Positions 1-7,825 of a stretch of DNA of 64,000 nt are shown here, one piece after another. The notes beneath the pieces were generated by a model. It was not told where the DNA came from and did not search any database. It worked only from the letters and a program-made list of their open reading frames with translations. Location of the stretch: contig JASGHU010000001.1 of NCBI GenBank assembly GCA_047602265.1, positions 1,154,346 to 1,218,345 of the forward strand, in the 5' to 3' direction. The DNA comes from Spongiibacteraceae bacterium (GTDB lineage: Bacteria; Pseudomonadota; Gammaproteobacteria; Pseudomonadales; CAMLJR01). A program made the position numbers and the translations under genes. Positions within the stretch are counted from its first letter, which is position 1, and each line of letters opens with the position of its first letter.

Positions 1-201
1 CTGACAGGCAGAGAGATAAGCGTCGAGATGTCTGTGCACGCGGCCGAGAATGCGTCCGCGCCAGCCGAACGTTTTGGCGATGGCGCGAACGCGCGTTTGA
101 CGTAATTTGACTAAACCAAACTCGGCAGCAACGAAAAAACCATTGAGTAATACCAGTAATAGTGCGGCGAAAATTAACGCGACATTAGCTCCGGTATCCA
201 C
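1..201 (-). CDS. DUF21/CNNM-type membrane protein (TlyC/CorC 'hemolysin' family), N-terminal fragment; the gene continues beyond the window start
   Basis: Reverse-strand translation from GTG (199-201) reads VDTGANVALIFAALLLVLLNGFFVAAEFGLVKLRQTRVRAI. This is the typical first TM helix plus the AAEF motif of DUF21 domains. It is absent from the ORF track because it is truncated. Confidence 0.6.
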   Translation of the reverse strand, partial: MDTGANVALIFAALLLVLLNGFFVAAEFGLVKLRQTRVRAIAKTFGWRGRILGRVHRHLDAYLSACQ

Positions 202-213
202 AATGGTTCAGCT

Positions 214-702
214 TCAGTGTCGTGTCAATTTGTCGAGATAGCCCATCGCAAAGGCCGATGCGACAAAAGTCATATGAATGATGACATACCACTTCAAGTA
301 TTCAAGTGAGTATTTTTCGGCATCCATGAAAATTTTGAGCAGATGGATCGACGAGATGGCGACAATCGACGATGCCACTTTATTTTTCAAACTGGCGGCG
401 TCCATTTTGCCGAGCCAGCTGAGTTTTTCTGCATCCTCGCCGATGTCGAGGCGCGACACAAAATTTTCATAGCTCGACAGCATGACCATAACGATCAGTC
501 CGCCGACCAGTGCCAGGTCGATCAGTGATAATAGCTTCAGAACCAGATCGGCTTCTCCGATTTCCAATAAAACCGGTGCAGTGTGGATCAGTTCCTGAAA
601 GAATTTGATACCAAGCGCGAGCAGGCTAAGGCTCAATCCCAAATAAATCGGCGCCAGCAACCAGCGCGATGCATACATGGTGCGTTCGATCAGTTTTTCC
701 AC
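214..702 (-). CDS. yqhA: YqhA family inner-membrane protein (UPF0114)
   Basis: The 162-aa product is collinear with E. coli YqhA ([11 protein letters not shown]..., SSYENFVS..., [38 protein letters not shown]). Confidence 0.9.
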   Translation of the reverse strand: MEKLIERTMYASRWLLAPIYLGLSLSLLALGIKFFQELIHTAPVLLEIGEADLVLKLLSLIDLALVGGLIVMVMLSSYENFVSRLDIGEDAEKLSWLGKMDAASLKNKVASSIVAISSIHLLKIFMDAEKYSLEYLKWYVIIHMTFVASAFAMGYLDKLTRH

Positions 703-793
703 GGTAGTACTTGGCCTCGCGTGACGATGGGGCTAATGTAATTCAGGCATTGTAACTTCCCGGCTATTGTAAGGGACGCCGCTGCACACTCAA

Positions 794-1231
794 ATGCCTT
801 TTATACGGGATATTATGGCAATGATTACTTATGCAACCGATCGCGTTATCACGCTGGAGCAATTTCGCGATGTGCTGGTGCGCTCTACGCTGGGTGAGCG
901 CCGACCGATCGATGACGATGAGTGTCTGCGCGGCATGATTATCAATGCCGACATCATGGCGACGGCGTGGGACGGTGAAAAATTAATCGGCGTGTCGCGT
1001 TCGCTCACCGATTGGACTTACGCGTGTTATCTCGCCGACCTGGCCGTCGATGTTGCCTATCAGCGCGATGGTATCGGCAGGCAGCTGATCGATTTAACTC
1101 AGCGTCAATTGGGGCCGCTGTGCAAAATTATTTTGCTCGCAGCACCCGCTGCCAATGAGTATTACCCGCGAATAGGTTTCGAGCACAATCCGCGCGCGTG
1201 GTTATTGGAGCCCAATAAACGCGTTAAATGA
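794..1231 (+). CDS. GNAT family N-acetyltransferase
   Basis: An acetyl-CoA binding motif-A-like segment is present (LADLAVDVAYQRDGIGRQLIDL) and the size is about 145 aa. The start is uncertain (ATG at 794, 815 or 821). Confidence 0.75.
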   Translation: MPFIRDIMAMITYATDRVITLEQFRDVLVRSTLGERRPIDDDECLRGMIINADIMATAWDGEKLIGVSRSLTDWTYACYLADLAVDVAYQRDGIGRQLIDLTQRQLGPLCKIILLAAPAANEYYPRIGFEHNPRAWLLEPNKRVK

Positions 1232-1240
1232 GCGTGGAGT

Positions 1241-3292
1241 TCACGGCACAAATTTTTTCTTCTTATCGACATGATCGCGTAACTTCTGCGCCAGCTCCTC
1301 GAAACGATGCTGAAGTGCATAGTCGATCGCGGTCCTGCCATTTTTATCGCGGCGCGATGCGTCGGCGCCGGCATTCAGCAATGCCGCAACCGCTTTACTT
1401 GATCCGCTTGAGGCGGCCAGCATCAGCGCGGTCTCGCTGCGCGCGTTGCGGTGTTCGATATCGGCTTTGGCGGCGAGTAAGCGATCGATAATTCCCACCT
1501 GTCCATTGCGTGCCGCCAATAGCAGCGGGGTGTTGCCATCGCGTGTCGGTTCATCGATTTTTGCGCCACTGCGAATAAGTAGCGCGACAACCTCGTCATT
1601 GTCGCGGCTGGAAGCGATGGCGAGTGGCGTTGAATTATCATGATCGGCCAGATCCGGCGTTGCATGTTCGCGCAGTAATAGCGAAACGATTTCTGCTTTA
1701 TTGGTTGAAGCGGCGAGCCAAAGCGCTGATCGTCCCGCGCTATCGCGTTTATCAATCGGTGCGCCCGCAGCGATCAATTGTTGTGTCGCACTGACGAATC
1801 CTCGCTGAGCACACCATTGCAACGCGGTGCCATTAGCGAAGGTGGTATTGGCGAAGGCTGTATCGATGGCATTACTTTTTGTTAGTGGTGCGTTTGTCCG
1901 TAGTGCCTTTCGCAGCAGCTCGCTGACAATTCTTTCATCGCTGTTTTTTGCCGCGTAGGCGAGCAGGTCGGAGCGTGCTCCAGTTGGATCGATAAGCGCG
2001 CCATGCTGCATCAACATCTCAACCATGGTTGCATTGTTGCGCTCGACCGCGAACCACAATGCAGTTTTTTTCTCGGGGTCGATGGCATTGGGATTAGCGC
2101 CGGCCTGCAATAGCAGCGCGATGATTTTGTTTTCGCCCTGATGCGCGGCGCGCAGCAGCGGTGTGAAATGATCGGGATCGATGCTATCGATATTACTGCC
2201 TTGTTTTATCAGCGTATCGACCAGTGTTGCATCGCCGCGCCATGCTGCGATATTGAGTGCAGGCCAGTTGCTGTAGCGCGCATCGCCGCGCTGTGCGAGT
2301 TCGGTAATCTGTGTCGATGATGTTGCGCTGCTTCCGCTATCGACAGTTTTTTCAGTGCGCTTAATGCCCGCTGCAGCGAGCAATTGCACCAGGGCGTTGT
2401 TGCCGCTTCGCTTGGCAAGATCAAGTGCATTATCACCGGATAAATTACGCGCGTCTTTGGCGATCGGCTGCGCGAGCAGCTTTTTGCAAGCGTTGAGATT
2501 GCCGCGCGCGGCGGCGATGAGAAATGCAGTGTTGCCATTTCTATCGACGGCATGCATGTCGGCCCCATGCTGTATCAACGCATCGAGTATCTGCGGATTA
2601 TCGTTGTTCGCTGCCAGCAGAAGTGCAGTGTCGCCGCTGTGATTTTTGCTGTTAATAGCGGCGCCTTTGGTCAGCAGCAGCTCGACCGCTTCCGCATTGT
2701 TATTGCCAGCCGCCAGCATCAGCGCAGTATTGCCTTCGCTGTCGCTGGTATCGATAGCGATTGCACGCGTTAATAAAATTTTAAGTTGAGCGTTGTCGCC
2801 CTTGCGCGCCGCGTGCAAAAAAATCTCGCTGTTATCGCCGGCACTTGGATTGCCTGTCTGTGAAAAACCGGCAATTTTTTGTTGTGCTGGAGCGCTGCCA
2901 TTGGCCGCAGCCCGGCGTATCCATGCCAACGCCTGTGCGCTATCGGCTTGAGTGCCGAGTCCTTTTTCGTACATCGTCGCCAGCAGGTATTGTGCTCCTG
3001 CATGATCTTGCGCTGCGGCGCGCTGGTACCATTGCAAGGCTTGCGTGTAATCGACGGCAACACCTAATCCCATCCGATACAGCGTGCCGAGTTGGTATTG
3101 CGCTTCTGCGTTGCCCTGCGCAGCGGCCTCCTGAAATTTTTGCTGGGCAGCGACGTAATTGTTTTCCAGCAGCAAATCTTTTGCATCGTCAACGATGTCG
3201 GCGCGCGCGACACAGCAACCGCTGAAAATGTACGCGATGATGAGTGCGCAGCAGCGAAAACTAGGCGACGCCGAATTTGGTTTCGATCGCAA
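1241..3292 (-). CDS. Sel1-repeat plus ankyrin-repeat lipoprotein (about 683 aa)
   Basis: Three Sel1-like repeats are seen (AEAQYQLGTLYRMGLGV..., AGAQYLLATMYEKGLG...). More than 10 ankyrin repeats follow (GNTALMLAA..N.E.V..LL..GA). I prefer an in-frame TTG at 3292, preceded by GGAGA, which gives MRSKPNSASPSFRCCALIIAYIFSG|C, a lipoprotein signal with lipobox FSGC. The ORF-track start at 3343 is also TTG. The gene overlaps the upstream gene end by 32 nt. Confidence 0.8.
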   Translation of the reverse strand: MRSKPNSASPSFRCCALIIAYIFSGCCVARADIVDDAKDLLLENNYVAAQQKFQEAAAQGNAEAQYQLGTLYRMGLGVAVDYTQALQWYQRAAAQDHAGAQYLLATMYEKGLGTQADSAQALAWIRRAAANGSAPAQQKIAGFSQTGNPSAGDNSEIFLHAARKGDNAQLKILLTRAIAIDTSDSEGNTALMLAAGNNNAEAVELLLTKGAAINSKNHSGDTALLLAANNDNPQILDALIQHGADMHAVDRNGNTAFLIAAARGNLNACKKLLAQPIAKDARNLSGDNALDLAKRSGNNALVQLLAAAGIKRTEKTVDSGSSATSSTQITELAQRGDARYSNWPALNIAAWRGDATLVDTLIKQGSNIDSIDPDHFTPLLRAAHQGENKIIALLLQAGANPNAIDPEKKTALWFAVERNNATMVEMLMQHGALIDPTGARSDLLAYAAKNSDERIVSELLRKALRTNAPLTKSNAIDTAFANTTFANGTALQWCAQRGFVSATQQLIAAGAPIDKRDSAGRSALWLAASTNKAEIVSLLLREHATPDLADHDNSTPLAIASSRDNDEVVALLIRSGAKIDEPTRDGNTPLLLAARNGQVGIIDRLLAAKADIEHRNARSETALMLAASSGSSKAVAALLNAGADASRRDKNGRTAIDYALQHRFEELAQKLRDHVDKKKKFVP

Positions 3293-4568
3293 TGCCGATT
3301 TTCTCCAGCAATTGAGTGGGCAGAATACCGCCGGCGCAAACAATCACGGCATCGTTAGTCAGTTCGATGGTTCGATCATTGATGACGATGGCCACTTTGT
3401 TGGCGGAAATTGATTGCACCTGCGATGTGAGCAGCACGCGCAGTTTTTTGCTCGCGGTCATGGCTTCGAGATTTTCGCGATTTTTCGCTTTGACACGCGC
3501 GAACGCATTGCCGCGATAGGAAAGCGTCACCTGCGTGTCGGGTTGCTCGGCGATGCTCACAGCGGCTTCGATGGCGCTATCGCCACCGCCGACGACGAGC
3601 ACATGCTGGCCGCGATATTGTTCGGGGTCGATAAGCCGGTACACGACTTTAGCAAGCTCTTCGCCCGGCACACCCAATTGGCGCGGTGTGCCGCGTCGAC
3701 CCAGACACAGTAAAACTGTGCGTGCCGAGTAATTATTTTTGCTGGTGATAACGCGAAATTCACTATCGGCTTTTTCGATGTGATCGAGACGTTCGCCAAA
3801 CTGAATTTTCAGTTGCTGCTGGGACACAATGTTTTCCCAGAATTCCAATAGTTTTTCTTTCGTCGTCTCGCGAAAAGTGACTTCGCCGACAATCGGCAAT
3901 TTCGCCGGTGCAGTCATCACGATTTTCTGGCGAGGAAAATGGGCGACGGTTCCGCCCAGCGAATCCTGATCGATGATGGTGAATTTAAGTTGTGCTTCTT
4001 TCGCAGCGAGCGCTGCGGCAATGCCGGCGGGACCTGCACCGACGATGACGAGATCGAGCGCGCAGCGATGGCGTTCACGCAGCAATTGTTTGATCGATGC
4101 AACCGCTTGCGCGCCTTGTTGCACCGCGTTGCGAATCAAACCCATACCGCCGAGTTCGCCGGCGATAAAAATGCCCGGCACGTTGGTTTCGAAATTCGGT
4201 TTGATCTGCGGAATATCAACGCCGCGCGTTTCGGTGCCGAATACCAGCGTGATTGCATGGGTCGGGCAGGCTGTTGCACAGGCGCCATGGCCGACGCAAT
4301 TGGCTGCGGCGATCAACTCGGCCTTGTTGTGAATGAGGCCGAGCACATTGTGTTCCGGACAGGCCGACACGCAGGTGCCGCATCCCAGGCAGCGATTTGG
4401 ATCGATCACCGGGTGCAGGCTGACCGGTTCATGCATGCCATCGGCGATTGATGTCGCGCGGGCTTCAAGATTCAGCTGACTGCGCCGGTGCTGTAACCAC
4501 ACATAAATCGACACAATCGCCAGCATCGGCGCGGCGTAGTACAGGCCGATGATTAACGCATCATTCAT
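3261..4568 (-). CDS. Membrane-anchored 2x[Fe-S] ferredoxin domain fused to an FAD/NAD(P)-binding (thioredoxin-reductase-fold) oxidoreductase
   Basis: There is an N-terminal TM helix followed by HRRSQ. The first cluster motif is CLGCGTCVSACP and the second is CVGHGACATACP. Two Rossmann motifs are present (VIVGAGPAGIAAA and VLVVGGGDSAIEAA). No redox-active CxxC disulfide is seen. Confidence 0.85.
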   Translation of the reverse strand: MNDALIIGLYYAAPMLAIVSIYVWLQHRRSQLNLEARATSIADGMHEPVSLHPVIDPNRCLGCGTCVSACPEHNVLGLIHNKAELIAAANCVGHGACATACPTHAITLVFGTETRGVDIPQIKPNFETNVPGIFIAGELGGMGLIRNAVQQGAQAVASIKQLLRERHRCALDLVIVGAGPAGIAAALAAKEAQLKFTIIDQDSLGGTVAHFPRQKIVMTAPAKLPIVGEVTFRETTKEKLLEFWENIVSQQQLKIQFGERLDHIEKADSEFRVITSKNNYSARTVLLCLGRRGTPRQLGVPGEELAKVVYRLIDPEQYRGQHVLVVGGGDSAIEAAVSIAEQPDTQVTLSYRGNAFARVKAKNRENLEAMTASKKLRVLLTSQVQSISANKVAIVINDRTIELTNDAVIVCAGGILPTQLLEKIGIAIETKFGVA

Positions 4569-4825
4569 CGCTTAACGGTTCTCGAACAAGCCATTCACAT
4601 CGCACGCCCATGAAGTTGCGGTGAGCGCAACGTATGCGATTGCTTCCCAGCCTAGCAAAGCCAAGTTTTAGTGCGTGCGCCGCACAGCGGGAATGTGATA
4701 CAGCGCAAAACCCGCGCTAGTTGTAAGGTCATCTTAAGATTCGCTTAAGGTTGCATCACTACGATTTGGCGGCGACCGTTCGGGACAAGCGCTCGTAGAA
4801 AACAGATAACGCACGGAGCGAGGGG

Positions 4826-5365
4826 GTGCGAAATCCGGCGTCGGTAAATTCAAGAGCGGCTGCGAGCATGCCCATGCAAAATAAAAATCTGATCACCGGA
4901 GTCGCGGTGGTCGTCTTCATCATTGCCGCAGTTGCGGCGGGTCGATATGCGGCACAGCCGCGCGTTGAAATTACGTCTCCAGTTGCACAAGCGCTTGCGC
5001 CAACGGCGTTATCGGTTCCGCAAAGTGCCTCACCGCAAATGTCTCCTGTTCAAGGCAAGGTCGATGCGGTCGATGTGATGGTCGAGCGATTGCGCACACG
5101 CCTCGAGCGCGAACCTAACGATGTCGATGGCTGGGTGTTGTTAGGTCGCTCCTATCATTATCTCGAACGCTGGGAAGACGCTAAAGCTGCGTTCGCGAAA
5201 GCGCGCGAGCTCGGATACAAAGGCGATGGCGATATGCCGACGTCTTCGATAACCGACGATCAGAGCGGCGGCCGCGATGCCGGCAATGCAGAGCCTGTTT
5301 TTCACGACATCGGTCGCGTCGGCAGCGATAAGGGTTCTTCCACACAAACTGGAATTGCGCCGTGA
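4826..5365 (+). CDS. Membrane-anchored TPR protein resembling the C-terminal part of CcmI/CycH/NrfG
   Basis: There is one TM helix (ITGVAVVVFIIAAVAAG). A TPR segment follows (VERLRTRLEREPNDVDGWVLLGRSYHYLERWEDAKAAFAKARELG), as in cytochrome c maturation TPR proteins. GTG at 4826 is preceded by GGAG; an alternative ATG lies at 4868. Confidence 0.6.
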   Translation: MRNPASVNSRAAASMPMQNKNLITGVAVVVFIIAAVAAGRYAAQPRVEITSPVAQALAPTALSVPQSASPQMSPVQGKVDAVDVMVERLRTRLEREPNDVDGWVLLGRSYHYLERWEDAKAAFAKARELGYKGDGDMPTSSITDDQSGGRDAGNAEPVFHDIGRVGSDKGSSTQTGIAP

Positions 5366-6216
5366 ACGCAGCGACTGCTGCGCCGGCGCGCGCAAAAAAT
5401 AAAACGCAATACGCCGATCGCAGCAGCACCATTTTATTTTCGCTGACGGTGATTGCCGCGCTGATCTACGGCTGGCAACACCGCGGCGAATACTACCTCA
5501 CGGCGGAGCACGGCATCGGCTATGCGCTTGGCATCATCGGCGGCTCGATGATGTTGCTGTTGCTGCTCTATCCATTGCGCAAACGGCTGCGTTTTATGGA
5601 GCGTTGGGCGCCGCTGCGTTTTTGGTTTCGCACGCACATGATTCTGGGTGTGATCGGTCCGCTGTGCATTCTGTACCACTGCAATTTTCAGCTCGGTGCC
5701 GCCAATAGCAATATCGCATTGCTGTGCATGGGGTTGATGGTCGGCAGCGGGCTCATCGGTCGCTTTATTTACGGAAAAATTCACTACGGTCTCTACGGTC
5801 AGCGCGCAACGCTGCAGGAATTGCAAAAACAAATGCAGGCTTCGGAGCAGGCGCTGCGCAATCAGCGCGATGCCAGTCTCGGTGACGCGGCGTTTGAACG
5901 TTTGCGCGCGCTGGAAATTTTTGCGCTGCAGCGGCGCAGTTTTTTCGGCAATATCGCGCGCCTTCTAACCATCGGCCGTCGTACCCGTGCCGAACACAAA
6001 TGGTTTGTGGCCCATCTCGGCAAGCTTGCCGTGCACAGCGAAATCAAGCACGAGGTCCTCGCGCAAATTCACACCTTTCTCGCCGTGATCAAGCGCATCG
6101 CCGGTATCAGCTTTTACGAACGTTTATTTTCATTGTGGCATGTGCTGCACATGCCGATATTTTTCATGCTGGTCGTCACCGGGCTGATACATGTCTATGC
6201 CGTGCACCTGTATTGA
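5362..6216 (+). CDS. His-rich polytopic inner-membrane protein (about 5 TM helices plus a coiled-coil loop), family unknown
   Basis: Hydrophobic helices occur at about aa 24-38, 52-73, 88-106, 118-137 and 258-281. His residues lie in TM3 (HMILGVIGPLCILYH) and TM5 (WHVLHMPIFFMLVVTGLIHVYAVH). The GTG start overlaps the upstream stop (GTGA). Confidence 0.7.
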   Translation: MNAATAAPARAKNKTQYADRSSTILFSLTVIAALIYGWQHRGEYYLTAEHGIGYALGIIGGSMMLLLLLYPLRKRLRFMERWAPLRFWFRTHMILGVIGPLCILYHCNFQLGAANSNIALLCMGLMVGSGLIGRFIYGKIHYGLYGQRATLQELQKQMQASEQALRNQRDASLGDAAFERLRALEIFALQRRSFFGNIARLLTIGRRTRAEHKWFVAHLGKLAVHSEIKHEVLAQIHTFLAVIKRIAGISFYERLFSLWHVLHMPIFFMLVVTGLIHVYAVHLY

Positions 6217-7804
6217 TGGCGGTCGTTGGCTGCGCGAAATCGGCGTATTTTTTCTTGTCGTATTGATGATGTTATTCGCTCGCCCTGTGAATGCAGAAAA
6301 CTTCAATTTTAAAAGCCTGTTGATGCCGGGAAAGCTGGTGGAGGGACACGCCAAATTGGAAAGCGATTGCAATCAATGCCACGCGTCTTTTGCCAAGCAG
6401 GCACAGGATCAGCTCTGTGTTCAGTGCCACGATGTCATCGCGGCCGATATTGCCAATAAAAAAGGTTTTCACGGCAAGCTCGATCATCAAACCGCATTGA
6501 CGTGCAAGCAATGTCACACCGATCACCGCGGTCGCGATGCGGATATCGTCGGCCTCGATCGCGATACGTTTAATCACGCCGCGACCGATTTCAATCTTGA
6601 AGGTAAGCACGCCGGTCTCGCCTGCGCGAGCTGCCATGAGCAGGGGAAAAAATTCCGTGACGCCAGCAGCGAATGTTTTGCCTGTCATCGCAAAGACGAT
6701 CGCCATAAAGGCGCGCTGGGAAAACAGTGCGCAACGTGCCATAGCCCGGTGGCGTGGAAGCAGACGCGTTTCGACCACGGCAAAACGCAATTCGCGCTCA
6801 AGGGTGGGCACCAGCAAGTCAATTGTGCAGCGTGTCATCCCGGCGAGAGCTACAAAAATACCCCGAAAGCCTGTGTGTCGTGCCATGCGCTGAACGATGT
6901 GCATCGCGGTGCCAACGGCGATAAATGTCAGCAGTGTCACAACGAAAGCGGTTGGAAAAAAACCACGTTCGATCATGCGCGCGACACCCATTTCGCACTG
7001 CGCGGTGCGCATGCAACAACGAATTGCAGTGGCTGTCATCGCGAAGGCAAGTTTGAGGTGAAATTAAAAACCGAGTGCGTCGCCTGCCATCGCACCGACG
7101 ATATTCATAAAGGAAAAAATGGCGAGCGCTGCGATTCGTGCCACAACGAATCGTCCTGGTCACAGAAAAAATTCGATCACAACACCGCGACGAAATTCAT
7201 GCTCAAAGGCAAGCATGCCGATGTTGCGTGCAACAGTTGTCATCGCGGCAATGTGCACGACGCATTACCGCAGACGTGTATCGGCTGCCATCGACTCGAT
7301 GATGTACACAAAGGGCAGCAGGGCGAAACCTGCGATAAATGCCACAACGAAAACGGCTGGAAAAATAAAGTCGCTTTCGATCACAGCAAAACCCAATTTC
7401 CGCTGCAGGGTTTGCATGCCGTAGTGCCGTGCGAAGGATGTCATATCAGTGCCGCGTTTAAAGGCACGCCGACGCGTTGTATCGGCTGCCACAAAAAAGA
7501 TGACAAGCACAAAGGTTCGTTCGGCGATAAATGCGATTCGTGCCACACCAGCAAGGGCTGGAAACGTGTGTTGTTCGATCACAACAAAAATACGCAATTT
7601 CCGCTCACGGGTGCCCATGCAAAAACGCAATGCACTGATTGTCATCGCGAGCCAGCGGACAAAGTGAAGTTGTCACGCGATTGTTTCAGTTGCCACGATG
7701 CCGATGACACGCACGACGGACGCTTCGGCCGTTATTGCGAGCGTTGCCACAACACGACGGATTTTAAAAACGTGGATTTCAAGCAAATGAATTTGCTCCA
7801 TTAG
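6191..7804 (+). CDS. 21-heme c-type cytochrome made of seven tandem c7-type triheme modules
   Basis: I counted 21 CXXCH motifs in the translation. The repeating module is FDH..F.L.G.H...C..CH / C..CH..DD.H.G / C..CH. A signal peptide is present (IGVFFLVVLMMLFARPVNA|EN). The start (6191 or 6197) overlaps the upstream gene by about 26 nt. Confidence 0.9.
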   Translation: MSMPCTCIDGGRWLREIGVFFLVVLMMLFARPVNAENFNFKSLLMPGKLVEGHAKLESDCNQCHASFAKQAQDQLCVQCHDVIAADIANKKGFHGKLDHQTALTCKQCHTDHRGRDADIVGLDRDTFNHAATDFNLEGKHAGLACASCHEQGKKFRDASSECFACHRKDDRHKGALGKQCATCHSPVAWKQTRFDHGKTQFALKGGHQQVNCAACHPGESYKNTPKACVSCHALNDVHRGANGDKCQQCHNESGWKKTTFDHARDTHFALRGAHATTNCSGCHREGKFEVKLKTECVACHRTDDIHKGKNGERCDSCHNESSWSQKKFDHNTATKFMLKGKHADVACNSCHRGNVHDALPQTCIGCHRLDDVHKGQQGETCDKCHNENGWKNKVAFDHSKTQFPLQGLHAVVPCEGCHISAAFKGTPTRCIGCHKKDDKHKGSFGDKCDSCHTSKGWKRVLFDHNKNTQFPLTGAHAKTQCTDCHREPADKVKLSRDCFSCHDADDTHDGRFGRYCERCHNTTDFKNVDFKQMNLLH

Positions 7805-7825
7805 GATGAGCGAGGCTTCGCTGCC

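Noticed and set aside
6272-7039. A 255-aa minus-strand ORF inside the 21-heme cytochrome gene
   Set aside because: It is antisense to a frame carrying 21 CXXCH motifs, and it has no motifs of its own.
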